Below, piece by piece: positions 27,088 through 41,414 of a DNA stretch of 64,000 nt; position 1 is the first letter of the stretch; every line of letters begins with the position of its first letter. Both the position numbers and the translations under genes were made by a program. This stretch comes from Octopus vulgaris (Eukaryota). The DNA is taken from NCBI GenBank assembly GCA_951406725.2, contig OX597833.1, forward strand, positions 15,500,001 to 15,564,000, read 5' to 3'. The notes beneath the pieces are model-generated. The model saw nothing but the letters and a program-made list of their open reading frames with translations. It did not search any database and was not told the DNA's origin.

Positions 27088-27505
27088 AAGGCGGCGAACT
27101 GGCAGAAACGTTAACACGCCGGGCGAAATGCATAGCAGTATTTTGTCTGCCGTTACGTTCTGAGTGAAAATTCCGCCGAGGTCGACTTTTCCTGTCATCC
27201 TTTCGGGGTCGATAAATCAAGTACCAGTTACGCACTGGGGTCGATATAATCGACTTAATCTGTTTCTCTGTCATTGTTTGTCCCCTCTGTGTTTAGCCCC
27301 TTATGGGTGGTAAAGAAATAGGTATTTCGTCAGCCGTTACATTCTGAGTGAAAATTCCGCCGAGGTCGACTTTGCCTGTCATCCTTTCGGGGTCGATAAA
27401 TTAAGTTTCAGTTACGCACTGGGGTCGATATAGTCGACTTAATCCTTTGTCAGTCCTTGTTTGTCTCCTCTGTGTTTAGCCCTTTGTGGGTAGTAAAGAA
27501 ATAGG
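27088..27505 (+). mobile_element. SINE family C dimer
   Basis: Head ggcggcgaactggcagaaacgtt plus two units. Confidence 0.88.
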
Positions 27506-28059
27506 TGCAGCGGTAGATATTTCGCTGTTTTCTACAATTTAAAAAAAAACCTTGTTTTGCGTAAATCTACCTTGATGTCACTTATTTGGTTTCCTGTTGC
27601 CATCGAGCGGTGCATGGATGGCTTTAGAAAATACAACTTTAGGAAGCAGGAGCTTATCATCAAGCAATTACAGTGTGGAAATTTGGGTGGAAACTCTGAG
27701 ACAATGACTGTGTCAGATCTTACGTTCAGATTTATTACTTGTGTAATAAACATGTGTGACAAACAGCGATGTTTCGGTCACCATAAGGTTTAAGTAATCT
27801 TTAGAAAGGTCGTCTAATTTAGTAAAAGATTCATGTAGATACATTCCTACATTAATCTCGGGACAATGGAAAATAATACAAATTTACGTTTCTGTTCTTT
27901 TGGATTTCTATTACAGGCTTACTCCTGCCGAGGTCGACTCTGCCTGTCATCCTTTCGCGGTCAATAAAATAAGTACCAGTTGCACACTGAGGATTTTGTG
28001 TTATCGGCTTAACCACTGCTCGGAGCCTGCTGCCTTGTGCCAAAATTTGAAACGTCTAT

Positions 28060-28640
28060 TATTATTATCATTATTATTATTGTTATTGTTGTTGTTGTTC
28101 TTCTTCTTCTTCTTCATCCTTAATATTATAATTATTACTATAGTTATTATTATTATTCTTACTATAAATATAATTCTCCTTCCTCTTCTTGTTTTTCTTC
28201 TTAATATTATAGTTATTACTATAATCATTATTAATATTATTACTATAAATATAATTCTCCTTCCGCTTCTACTTCCTCTTCCTGTTCTTCTTAATATTAT
28301 AATTATTACTATAATTATTATTATTATTCTTACTATAAATATAATTCTTCTTCCTCTTCTTCTTATTTTTTTTTTATCATTGTCTCTTCAACACAGGTTT
28401 TTTTGGAGGTCCTGGAGTCTCGCATGCGAAGCAGGCTTACAACATGCAGCCTATGTTACCATGCTATTCGTTCTTTTCAGTTATCTAATACTTTCCAGAT
28501 TTTTATACTAGCCGAGCAAAGAGGCACATCTTTCTAAGAATTCTACTGGGCACTCTATTCTAATTTCCTTTATATTCTTCTTGATGCATTTTGAACCAAC
28601 AATTTCGTGCACTATCTTCTACTTCATTTTCCATAGCCGG
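28060..28640 (-). pseudogene. Degenerate 3' end of an R4/Dong-like LINE with AAT/AAG-rich tail
   Basis: Minus translation LWKMK*KIVHEIVGS...FLERCASLLG...KVLDN parallels the C-terminus of the 33 kb element; followed by (aat/aag)n. Confidence 0.5.
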
Positions 28641-28823
28641 GCTATTTCGGGACGCCAGTCCATCGCAGCAGCGTTACTCATTTTTGCCAGCTGAGTGGAC
28701 TGGAGCAACGAGAAATGAAGTGTTTTGCTCAAGAACACAGCGCATCGCCCGGTCCAGGAATCGAAACCCCAATCTTACGATCATGATGCTGACACCCTAA
28801 CCACTAAGCCACGCCCCTCCACA
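28640..28823 (-). mobile_element. tRNA-derived CORE-like SINE
   Basis: Minus strand tggcttagtgg...gtttcgattcc...ttgagcaaaacacttcatttc; related to 52479-52820. Confidence 0.75.
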
Positions 28824-28834
28824 TATATGCCTAA

Positions 28835-28881
<47 letters not shown>

Positions 28882-29494
28882 TGTGTGTGTGTGTGTGTGT
28901 ATCTCTTTCTGTGTCTGTATATATATGAATATGAATAGACACACACATACGCACGCAAACACACACTTATAATATGAATTCTTGATTTCTTAAAATTTAT
29001 CATAGCTTCAAGGGTGTGTGTTATAATTACCAAATAGCAATTGAGACAAGCTAAAAATAGGAAGGTGTGTTAATTCAAGGATCAAGAATTTCTGTAGAGC
29101 TGACGTGCCATTAACATAAAAGAACATTCTCGAAGTCTGGAGATAAGAGTTCAGACAATAATGGAAAAGTGTTTACGGTTCAATAGTTGTCACGACAATT
29201 GTTCTCGTGTAGAACTGGAGGTTGTAATAAAGCAGAATTTTATATTGTATGGATTTACTATATTTTCATTTGTTTATGATTTTTATATCACTAATCTTTC
29301 TGAGTTGTTTCTTATAAGCTCATGACCTTATGGTTAAGAAATCCAGTCTGCAACTATGTGACTTGCGGTTCAATCTCACTGCGCAGCCAGCAGGTTGTGG
29401 AAGGGTCTTTTTCTGGAGCTCCGGACAGACAAATGCCTTGTGCGTACGTCAAGCAGACAGAAAAATGTGGGAAGCATCGTTAATATGTATCCAT

Positions 29495-29737
29495 CCGAGG
29501 CGGGGAGCTGGCAGAAAGGTTAGCACGCTGGATGAAATGCTTAGCGGTATTCCGTCGGCAGCTACGTTCTGAGTTCAAATTCCGCCGAGGTCGACTTTGT
29601 CTCTCATCCTTTCGGGGTCAATAAATTAAGTACCAGATAAATAAGATAAATTACGGGGACATAATCAGACCAGCACAGGTTGTTAAACTATGGTGGTGGC
29701 ACAAACACAGATAACTACACACGCAAACACACTTATA

Positions 29738-29792
<55 letters not shown>

Positions 29793-29954
29793 GACAGGCT
29801 TCTGTCAGTTTCTGTCTACCTAATCCACTCACAACACTTAGGTCGGCTCGAAGCTATACTAGAAGACACCTGCGGTAGGTGACACGTAGTGGGACTGAAC
29901 CCGGGACCATGTAATTGGGAAGCAAGCTACTTACCATACAGCCACGCCTGCACC
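29495..29954. mobile_element. SINE C fragment (+) joined to a SINE A fragment (-)
   Basis: Similarity to both families. Confidence 0.75.
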
Positions 29955-30857
29955 TATATATTCCTAAATCTTAATGAAGTCTAGCTTTCATAATTTGAAT
30001 TATGGCGATTTATGTCTAGTTCTCGGAAATCTTTCTCCCATTGCATCAGAGACGTACTTTTGCCATAAATAGTACATATAATGGTTTTTAGGAGCGCAAC
30101 GTTCGCTAAAGCTACATAAACGTAACAGAGCTATAAACCAGAGACCTTTAACGCTGAACATCCGTATGGCGGATACATTAGATAATTAGCTTTGGATACA
30201 CCACTTCTATCAAATTGAGATGGATGAACGCCTTCGTTATACGCCAGCTAACCAGAGACCAAACAACGGTAACTGCTAGAGATTGGAATTGTTAGCATGA
30301 CTTCTTCGCCATCAGTCGAACATAATTGTACCATGCAATTCTAAGTCGATCATTTGTGTCGTTCGCGTAACGTCCTCACGAAAGCAAGAAATATCTCATT
30401 TCTTTAAGTTTGTGTTATAATATTTCTATGTTCTTTCCATTTCTTGTTATGTAAGAAAGCTGCTTTCACACAAATTACATATTCGATTTTTTCACATATC
30501 CATTGCAGACCCTTTTGTGCTAATGCTACGTTGATCAGTTGTTTTATATTTTCTATCTGATATTTCGCTGAAGGATTTTATGCTATATTTCTTGAATATT
30601 TCAATTCTTCACAATTTATGACAGAATATAGCTTGCGCCAGTCAAATATGCGATGTTGTTACTGCTTTCAGATTCTTTGATTTGCTATTCTTAGGTTTCT
30701 TCATAACTTTCTCTCCGCTTCTTTTAGCAAATTCCAACCTATAACTGGCATTACACATTAATATGTATTAAATCCGAATCGATGTCTGCATTTTTTTACA
30801 ATTTCTTCCGCAGCATAATCACGTTATTTTCCCTTTATATATCTTAAAAGAAGTTTC

Positions 30858-30872
30858 CTACTACTACTACTA

Positions 30873-30903
<31 letters not shown>

Positions 30904-31118
30904 CACTACTACTACTACTACCACCACTACAATTACTACTACCACTACAATTACTACTACCACTACTACCACCGCTACTACTCTTACTACTACTACTACC
31001 ACTACTACTACCACTACCACTACTACCACCACTACTACTCCTACTACCACTACCACTACACTACTACCACCACTACTACTACTACTACTACCACTACCAC
31101 TACTACCACCACTACTAC

Positions 31119-31167
<49 letters not shown>

Positions 31168-31226
31168 CACTACCACTACTACCACCACCACCACCATCAC
31201 TACTACTACTACTACTACTACTACTG
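30858..31226. repeat. (ACT/ACC)n trinucleotide repeat
   Basis: Directly visible. Confidence 0.95.
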
Positions 31227-31562
31227 CTAATGCTGTTTTTGTTGTTGTCGTCATCATTTGTTTTTATTGTTGGTACTATTGTTGTTGTTATCGTGTATTG
31301 TTATAATTATTTGGTATTCATATTTCGAGAAATACTTGCTGAAAGTTATTTGTTACAACGAAATTATTTAGATTTAATACGGAAGAAGAAAAAAAAAATA
31401 AGTATGTTAATATTTTTGTGGTGAAAATGATCAAACACTATTTACTATTCTGATTGATATCGCTGCCACGAATATTTCTGTTTCCAAAACTTTATAGAAA
31501 ACTTCGAATGAAACACAGTAAAACTTGACGGTGTTGGTTGGGGTTATACACCTTTTGCAAGT

Positions 31563-32170
31563 AAGGCGGCGAGCTGGCACAAACGTTAGCGCGCCGGCAG
31601 AAATGCTTAGCGGTATTTCGCCTGTCGTTACGTTCTGAGTTCAAATTTCGCCAAGGTCGACTTTACCTTTCCTCCTTTCAGGGTCGATAAATTAAGTACC
31701 AGTTACGCACTGGGGTCGATGTAATCGACTTAATACCTATGTCTGTCCTTGTTTGTTCCCTCTGTGTTTAGCCCCTTGTGGGTAATAAAGAAATAGGTAT
31801 TTCGCCTGTCGTTACGTTCTGAGTTTGATTTCAAATTCCGCCGAGGTCGACTTTGCCGTTCATTCCTCACAGGGTCGATAAATTAAGTACCAGTTACACA
31901 CTGGGGTCGATGTAACCGACTTAATCCCTTTGTCTGTCCTTGTTTGTCCCCTCTATACTTAGCCGCTTGTGGGTAGTAAAGAAATAGGTATTTCGCCTGT
32001 CGTTACGTTCTGAGTTCAAATTCCGCCGAGGTCGACTTTGCCTTTCATCCCTCACAGGGTCGATAAATAAAATACCAGTTACGCACTGGGGTCGATGTAA
32101 CCGACTTAATCCCTTTGTCTGTCCTTGTTTGTCCCCTCTATGCTTAGCCCCTTGTGGGCAGTAAAGAAAT
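31563..32170 (+). mobile_element. SINE family C trimer with TSD
   Basis: One head and three units; flanked by atacac(c/g)ttttgcaagt. Confidence 0.92.
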
Positions 32171-32301
32171 ATATACACGTTTTGCAAGTGGCTTTGTCTG
32201 ACGATACATGTCGAAGGTGAAACGGTTACCTCTATGATGTATAATTTAAAGGAGCCGTTGAATTCACTTTAAATTGGAATATATTTCAGGAATATATTTA
32301 T

Positions 32302-32614
32302 TTATGCGTCCTTTTCAAGCCTAGTCAGGTTCATGGGCCCGGTTTCCCGGTTTCTATGGTGTATGTGTCCCCCACCCCCCAACTGGACGGGACGCCAGTC
32401 CATGGCAGCGTTACTCAAGAAACAGGAAGAGAGAGTGAGAGAAAGTTGAGACGAAAGAGTACAACAGGGGTCGCCACCACCCCCTGCTGGACCCTCGTGG
32501 AGCTTTAGGTGTTTTTCACTCAATAAACACACACAAAACGCGGTCTGGGAATTGAAACCGCGATCCTCCGACCGCGAATCCGCAGCCCTAACCACTGGGC
32601 CATTGCGCATCCAC
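32302..32614 (-). mobile_element. SINE family B, tail type ii
   Basis: TSD atttcaggaat; tail shared with 1085-1364. Confidence 0.88.
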
Positions 32615-32919
32615 ATTTCAGGAATTATTAAAGACTTTTTAACTGTTTACAAATAATCTTCAGCAAGCTACAAGTATATTAGTATAGTAATACAAACGTA
32701 GCACCAGGCATGGAGAGTGTAACGACCGAATCAAAAACAAAAGGAGAAAGCGTAGATTGAACTCGGACATGTTTAACCTTCATTAGTCTTCGATTAAATA
32801 TAATTGCAATGTGTTCAATTTGGTGGCAAAAAATGGAGACGTTATGAGTAGAGTGGTGTAAATTATATAAAACGGAAGACACAAATAAGCAAAGATCGTG
32901 ACACAATAATAATAATAAC

Positions 32920-32994
<75 letters not shown>

Positions 32995-33003
32995 AAGAAG
33001 AAG

Positions 33004-33600
33004 GAATATATTCACAGACACGACAGAGTTGGGACCTATATACACTGGAAGCTATGCCAGCATTATGAAATAAGAACAGAAAAAAGATGATATAGGCACA
33101 CACCAGAAAAGGTCACAGAAAACGAGAAAGCAACCATACTCTGGGATATGCCGATACACACAGATAGAGAAATTAAGGGCAACAGACCAGATATAGTTGT
33201 CAGAGATCACGAAGAAAAAAAATGCTTTCTAATTGATGTATCAATACCAGCAGATGACAACGTGTCTCTAAAAGAAATGGAAAAACTTTCAAAATACAAA
33301 GACCTGGAAATAGAGGTAACCAGAATGTGGAATCTAAAAACAGAAACAATTCCTATCATAGTAGGTGCATTAGGCATGATAAAAAAATATTCAGACAAAT
33401 ACATAACAAAAACACCAGGACTTACAAACACATATAACATACAGAAAATTGCACTACTAGGCACTGCACACATCCTACGCAGAACACTTTCCATACAGTA
33501 ACCATGAGAGCATCACAACTAATCACAGCACAAACCCAAGGCACACAGAGCTGCACTCAGTAGTGAAGTGAAAGCACGCTATAAAAAATATACTACTGAA
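33004..33600 (+). pseudogene. 5'-truncated R4/Dong-type non-LTR retrotransposon: restriction-like endonuclease region and 3' UTR, within (AAT)n
   Basis: YIHRHDRVG...ILWD, then ORF 33148-33501 with RPDIVV...IDVSIP...EKLSKYKDL...PIIVGALG...QKIALLGTAHILR; (aat)n on both sides; one in-frame stop upstream. Confidence 0.88.
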
Positions 33601-33608
33601 TAATAATG

Positions 33609-33661
<53 letters not shown>

Positions 33662-33663
<2 letters not shown>

Positions 33664-34170
33664 ATGCCCTGATGCAGTACCAGGCATCTGATGCAGTACG
33701 TGGCTTCTGATCTTAACTCATTGGAAGTGTTATTATGTACATTGTTTTGTCTTGGTATTAAAGATGGGCTACAGCAAATATTCTGCTCACTAACACAGAT
33801 TTGCTTGTCAGTTGTTTGACCATAGTCAATTGAGCATGTTCCTTAGTGGGTGACGATATATGCATCTTTGATCACCAGCAAAAGTAGTGGGGGAGCATCA
33901 CAGCCATGTGTTGAGAGGGATTCTTTGGGGTTTGAATAATTCATCTCTGGAATCATGGGTGTTTCGTTCACCATCCTTAAACAATCCTTATACAGGGACG
34001 TTTTGAGCGGGATGGGTTACTCGACAAGAAGAAAATTCTAACTGGGTCTCACATGCAAGGTCATGCGTTGTTTATCTTGATATGAGATCACCATGTCACG
34101 CACATATGGTTCTGATGCATGTGCCTGGTGTACCCGTATCAGACGGGTAGTCATGATGGGTATACTGAGT
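33662..34170. repeat. Unclassified probable interspersed repeat next to the AAT tract
   Basis: Abrupt, more GC-rich block starting at the microsatellite; single copy in this window, so family not established. Confidence 0.3.
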
Positions 34171-34689
34171 CCAAAATGAAGGATGGTTAACAGAACTGTA
34201 GCTAGGATGTTCAGCGTGCGAGAAATGAACGTGATATAGTGGAAGAGTTATTCGCAAGAATATAATACCATGAATTGTGAAAGAATTGAGATCAGTGTCT
34301 ACTCAAATAATGAATATCGATTAATAATAGATAGGATTTTGGATCTATTGAATACAGATCGGACAGGATTTATGCGCGATTTAAGAAGGCTAACCAAAGA
34401 GACTAAATCAACAGACGAATAAAGTCAATAATGTACTGAGACACATCGAAACAAAGAACATCACACAAAATCTTATCAAGGCTACTAGTTGGTCTGTGGC
34501 GGAAATGGACGGGATTGGGAATTAGTGAGAACGGAACGGCGACGGACAGAAGATGAAATAAACAACCGAAGTGGAAAAGGGGAAATTCTGAAGATATAAA
34601 CTCCTTGAAGATATAAACTCCTTGTCAATGTTTGTCAGGAAAAGAAATGAATGAAAAGAATGAAAGAAATGAAAAGATTGAATGAAAAC

Positions 34690-34861
34690 ATAATAATAAC
34701 AATAATAATATCAATAATAATAATAACAATAATAATAATATCAATAATAATAATAAAAATAATAATAATATCAATAATAATAATAAAAATAATAATAATA
34801 TCAATAATAATAATAATAAAAATAATATTCATAATAATAATATCAATAATAATAATAATAA

Positions 34862-34903
<42 letters not shown>

Positions 34904-35039
34904 TAATAAAAATAATAAAAATAATAATAATAATAATAATAATAATATTAATAATAAAAATATCAATAATAATAATAATAATATCAATAATAATAATAAT
35001 AATAATATTAATAATAATAATATTAATGATAATAATATT

Positions 35040-35088
<49 letters not shown>

Positions 35089-35112
35089 TCAATAATAATA
35101 ATAATAATGATG
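34690..35112. repeat. Compound (AAT)n microsatellite
   Basis: Directly visible. Confidence 0.95.
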
Positions 35113-35259
35113 ACTGAATTTATTGACATGGTCAATAGAGAGCCGCTACCAAAGCATTCAAACAGCACAACAAAATAACAACACTATCATGATGTATAAT
35201 GTTGCTCTTAGACAGATCTTCAGAAATAAGGGAAATGACCTAACAACTTTAAATAACCT

Positions 35260-35446
35260 CTTCTAGTATCGTTGGTGATTTTCTTTCTCCGTCTTCCCTT
35301 CCTTGGAGTTTTTCTATGTTTCTGACGAAGAGCTCCGCTCGGAACGTTAAATCCTACTTCTTTCTTTCCTTTCATGAGCGTCCTTAACACTGTACTTATT
35401 CAACGTCCTCGCGTTGTTGTGTTTTCTCTTTGTTCATGTTTGGATC

Positions 35447-35450
<4 letters not shown>
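35260..35450 (+). mobile_element. PLE-like terminal repeat with minimal hammerhead motif (family H3) at 35318-35352, ending in (TA)n
   Basis: gttt-CTGACGA-a-GAGC tcc GCTC-GGAAC-GTT-aaat (GAAA changed to GGAA); sibling at 57600-57828. Confidence 0.65.
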
Positions 35451-35517
<67 letters not shown>

Positions 35518-35561
35518 TATAGATAGATAGATAGATAGATAGATAGTGTGAGAGAGAGAGA

Positions 35562-35812
35562 GAGTTGTGGGGGCAAAAGTAGGTATACCTTAAATATCAC
35601 ACCAATACTATAAAGTTTAATTGATTATAATTATTAGCTCATTAAATTAGCCTCATTTATTATATTTTCAGTGTCATTAATCACAATAATACATTTATCA
35701 TAACTATAATGATACTTTTATCGCAACTTTTAATATTTTTCATAAAATGGTATTAGTATTCTCTTTATTTTGTTTCTTCCATAACTACATACCTACATTT
35801 GCCACACCTTGT
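35562..35812. mobile_element. Possible Tc1-like MITE
   Basis: Imperfect inverted ends ggcaaaagtaggtat / atacctacatttgcc. Confidence 0.35.
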
Positions 35813-35819
35813 GTGTGTC

Positions 35820-35865
<46 letters not shown>

Positions 35866-36105
35866 GATTTATATTACCAGGTTTCTTCATGTCTGTGTGT
35901 CTATTTATATATTTATTTATTTATTTATTCATTCATTTATATTACCTGAACATCCAAACTTCCTCATTCTACATTGAGAGAAAGACGGGATGGACGCTTC
36001 ATTTTTGTGCTGGTGCCGCATTATGTCGTATGCGACTGTGAGGATTTGCATCCCCAACATAGAATTTATGATGTAATACATGTCCTTGAAGTAGTAATTG
36101 TGCGC

Positions 36106-36179
36106 GGCTGAAGAAGGCCATAGACACACATTATGCATTGTTATAAATCCGTCTAATAAAGGCCCGAAACATATGTACC
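36106..36179 (+). ncRNA. Type I hammerhead-like motif with extended stem II (family H4)
   Basis: gg-CTGAAGA-a-GGCC..tagac...gtcta..GGCC-c-GAAAC-atat-GTA-cc; palindromic stem III ACATATGT; stem I only 2 bp. Confidence 0.5.
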
Positions 36180-36635
36180 ACTGAATCCTTGGCATCATGT
36201 TTTTATTTTGATTAATATACTCTACCACCTACACCACCAAATGGTATATACAGGTGCTTACAATTATCAAGTATTCACCCTATGTATATATATATAGGTG
36301 AGAGAGTTTGTGTTTGAAAGCACGTGGTTGGATGTATAGAAAATAAAAAAGAGAAAAAAAACTACAGAAGGCTTCTGTTATAAGGTTAAAAATGAATGCC
36401 TCCCTCTGCCTGGAACTCAATAATTCACAACATAGCGAAGACATAACACGATGTAGGTAAAGAAACTTGAGAAATTTGAAAAGAAAATACGAAACTGGTT
36501 ATTTCTCCGAAAATTATCTTACTATACACAACATTTTCTAACATTTTTCTAACATAGCGACTTAAATATATTATTTAACCTATAACACAAGCCTTCTGTA
36601 GTTTTTTTCTCTCTCCTTTATTGTATATATATATA

Positions 36636-36951
36636 TCACCGTGATCATCACCGTGACCGACCAGGCTATCAGATGTTGCTACACATCGCTGGTCACAATG
36701 CGCTTCGCATTGTTTTTTAGCCTTCAAATGACACCACCCCGCTGGCTAAGCGAGCAGGCCAACAGAAGAAAGAGTGCGAGAAAGTTGTGGTGAAAGAGTA
36801 CAGCAGGGATCGCCACCACCCCTCCCGGAGCCTCGTGGAGCTTTAGGTGTTTTCGCTCAATAAACACTCACAACACCCGGTCTGGGAATCGAAACCGCGA
36901 TCCTACGACCGCGAGTCCGCTGCCCTAACTACTGGGCCATTGCGCCTCCAC
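36636..36951 (-). mobile_element. SINE family B, tail type v
   Basis: Family B head and body; unique tail ending tcacggtgatgatcacggtgat. Confidence 0.85.
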
Positions 36952-37637
36952 ATATATATATATATATATGCGTGTGTGTGCTTGTTTGCACTTTTGAATA
37001 TAAGTATCAAACCGGTAAGGAAAGGTGGGAACATTTGTTGCATGCGTTTTAAGTGTAATTTCTCTCTTGGATATAACGAGCGTGTTTGTGTTTGTATGTG
37101 TATGTGTGTGTGTGGTGCTTTTGTTACCTCTTTCCATATCTCCTGTCATGTTTTGTAAAATCGAAGGGGAAGAAATAAATCAATTTCGTCTCAATGATTC
37201 TGAATTATCCAAACGATGGCGACATTCGATATACGAAACCGTTTTCAAAGAAAAACTGATTCTCCCGAGTGCAGATTAGAGTAAACTTTTACAACCAGCA
37301 TTTTCCATTTGGACGAATTCGAGTAGAAATAGCGGATTAAATAACTAGATATTCTTTTCAGTACTTACAATACATACAAGACTTTGATATTTAAAAGAGA
37401 AAGATAACATTATCTTGTTTATATATGTGAAATGTAGCGGATCAAATTACCATATTGAAATATGAAATTCACTAATGCATACACACAAGCATACACACAC
37501 ACAGATACTTACACAGGTACACATGCACATTCACACCCAAACAAACAGACACACACGTAGACAAGGATACCCAAAGGCATACACATACGCACACACATAT
37601 ATATATGAATATAAACATGTATGTATTTATATGTATG

Positions 37638-37704
<67 letters not shown>

Positions 37705-38823
37705 GTATATATACATACGTATATGCGTCTGTGAGTGTTATAATCCATACATAAATGTATACAAACATACGTACATACACACACAGACACACACATAATC
37801 ACATATACACCTCTCCCACAGACACTCCACCAAAGATTTATACACCATCATACATACATGTACACATATATATATGAATATAAACATGTATGTATTTATA
37901 TATGTATGTACATACATATATACTTACATACATATATATATATATATACACTCACATATATATGTGTCAGTGTATGTTATAATCCATGCGTAAATGCATA
38001 CAAACATACGTACATGCACACACTGACACACACACTCACACATACCCCCTACCACAGACACTCCACCAAAAACTTATACACCATCATACATACATCCTTA
38101 TGCACACATGCGTACAACTCTGTGTGTATGTATGTTTGTTTTTTTTTTCTGTATGAAAATCTATTTGCACAAAATTGCAAAACTGCATACACGAATATTT
38201 AGTTTCAGCAGAACATCAGAAATTGGCGCCTCACGTTTACCAAAGGGATTTCTTCAGCTTCGAACGAGGATATAGTGTTTAGCATTGCTTTGCTTCAGAT
38301 TCAATTGGTGATTGTCAATCTTTCTTCATTTCAGGACACCAAAAGAAACTAATGTAAACACCTCGATGAATATATAAACTCGCATCTCAACGGCGTAAAC
38401 AGAGGTCGTAATCTAACAGAATGAATAGGTTTTTTATTCAACAAACGGAAAATATACAATTTCTTTCAAAGTTTATCAGCATTCTAGTACTTAATACTGA
38501 TCCATCAACTGTCTACTATAGCATACACGTGATGTGCCACACTGGAATTTCTTAAGATTTTCAATGAATATTATGTTGTCCACTTTCATCAGTTTGGAAA
38601 ACTCACTCAGGGAATTCACGGTTTTTTTACATAAAGTTCTCGCATTTCAAAATGTAATGTGACTCGGCTAACACTATATTGCAATGCAAAGAAATATATG
38701 TTTATTTAACATACAGATTATATATAGGCGTAGGAGTGGCTGGGTGGTAAGTAGCTTGCTTACCAACCATATGGTTCCGGGTTCAGTCCCGCTGCATGGA
38801 ACCTTGGGAAAGTGTCTTCTACT

Positions 38824-38871
<48 letters not shown>

Positions 38872-38984
38872 TGTATATATGTATATATATATATACATAT
38901 ATGTATATATGTATATATATATACATATATGTATATATATATATGTATATATGTATATATATATATATATATATGTACATATAG

Positions 38985-39072
<88 letters not shown>

Positions 39073-39099
39073 CTATATGTATATATATATATATATATC

Positions 39100-39466
39100 T
39101 CTATATATAAACGGCAGTTTGTCTGTGTGTGTTTCTGTGTGTCTGTTAGGTTGTACCCTCACCCTGACCACGGCTTTCAACCGATTCTGATGAAACTTGA
39201 CACACACATAGCCCAATGTCATAATTCAAAACTAACGCAGCGAAAATTTTGAAAAGTTCCCCCAGTTCTGAAAAAAATCGATAAATTCGACATGGGGTCG
39301 AAAATCAGAAACGCAAACCACAGACTGTCTAGGGGACGCAACTCGACCTTTTTAACTAAAAAAAAATTTACCATCATTTTGTTTCCATTTTTTGGCTATA
39401 ACTCTCTAAAAATGCTTTATAGTTATTTCCCTTACAAACACGAGCAACGCCGGGCGATACTGCTAG
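39100..39466 (+). mobile_element. Non-autonomous Helitron-like element
   Basis: 5' TC, 3' GC-rich hairpin region cgagcaacgccggg then CTAG|T; 5' half shared with 56287-57075. Confidence 0.75.
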
Positions 39467-39588
39467 TATATATATATATGTACATATATGTATATATATA
39501 TATATATGTACATATATGTATATATATATGTACATATATGTATATATATATATATATGTACATATATGTATATATATATATATGTACA

Positions 39589-39681
<93 letters not shown>

Positions 39682-40391
39682 ATATTTTTATTCTAATATA
39701 GTCACAAGGCCTAATAGATAGTTATTGTTAACGCCATAAGACTTTAAAAGCTTTCCAGAGAATGTGAAATAATTCTTTTATTCGTTTGCGGAATAATGGT
39801 TCGCAAAATACATCAATTAAAATCCAAATATTTGCATGAAAATATAGAAGTTAAAATCACAATCGTTTGGGCGAGAAAAAATTCTGTCTGCCTACGAATT
39901 TGTAATATGCTTTGAGAACTATTACTCCAACATAAATACATGTATGCGGGGATGGGGTGTATCTTTGTCTCTGTTTATATGCGTGCGTGTATATGTGTGT
40001 GTGTGTGTGAGTACAAGTCTTCATGTGAGTACAATCATCATTTTTGTTCTTCATTACTATCTTTATATGTTCATACTCCATTGACACATGCGATTTTGTG
40101 TATGTGCTGAGCCTTCAAACCACATATGCAGAACCCCAGTTACCATCCCCGGTTACAGCTGTGTACTGTATTTTCAGATAACGAATCAGTTTCCTCTAGA
40201 CTTTCATGCAAATCATTTATTACTCACTCCATTGCATCTAGGTACAAATGAATTTGAAATGGAAGTCTAAAACAGTGCTAGTTCCCCGTTCCATAGAATA
40301 TTATCTCGTCTTTTTTGTTTACACCAAAATGCTGTTCCTTTTATTGGAATATTCCAAAGCACTTCTTTATTTATAAAAAAAAAAACTACAT

Positions 40392-40557
40392 AGGCGCAGG
40401 AGTGGCTGTGGGGTAAGTAGCTTGTTCACCAACCACATGGTTCCGGGTTCAGTCCCATTACGTGGTACCTTGGGCAAGTGTCTTCTACTATAGCCTCGAG
40501 CCGACCAAAGCCTTGTGAGTGGATTTGGTAGACGGAAACTGGATGAAGCCCGTCGTA

Positions 40558-40588
<31 letters not shown>

Positions 40589-40810
40589 GCGTGTGTATGT
40601 TTGTGTGTCTGTGTTTGTCCCCCTAGCATTGCTTGACAACCGATGCTGGTGTGTTTATGTCCCCGCTACTTAGCGGTTCGGCAAAAGAGACCGATAGCAT
40701 AAGTACTGGGCTTATAAAATAATAAGTCCCGGGGTCAAGTTGCTTGATTAAAGGCGGTGCTCCAGCATGGCCGCAGTCAAATGACTGAAACAAGTAAAAG
40801 AGTAAAGAGT
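40392..40810 (+). mobile_element. SINE family A, full length
   Basis: Head aggcgcaggagtggctgtggggtaag, CORE-like ccttgggcaagtgtctt, tail gtaaaagagtaaagag. Confidence 0.92.
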
Positions 40811-41414
40811 ATTGTATTTTTTTATGTCCATCAGGACAATCCCTTCAACGCGTAGCAGCATTGGCGGTTTTCGTGACATTGTCATTTCTATTGCCGGATG
40901 GATGTAATTTATTGCGAATAGTTTTGGAGGGCTGTGGAATGGCAAAATTCATGTTTTCTTGAATCATCATGGCTGAATGTAGACACATGTAGCATCACTG
41001 TGGATTCATAATTACCTGTCTCATTGATCAAACATTTAATAGCTTTCTCGTGTTCCTGAATAGCAGAGGCATAGCTTTCCTAGTAAGAAATGACGGACCT
41101 AAATCAGATTTATGAGAGGCCATTATTTATGTGAATATCGTGACAGATTTTTCCCTACAGGATATGTTGGTCTGCATCACGATTTGGCCGACAATTGTTT
41201 TAACTACCTCATTCCAGCGACTTGATGTTCAAATGCGAGTTATGTATATTCACAACACCTGTTTAAAACTTCGCCTAATCTTATAATGTAATTAATTTCG
41301 TTATTCAATATAGACGCGATGTAATAATTTTCCTCTTTCTAATTCAGTAGATGCTGACGGTGATACGATGCAAAAATCAGAAGCCACCGAAGCTGATCTT
41401 ATACATCTGCTTAC

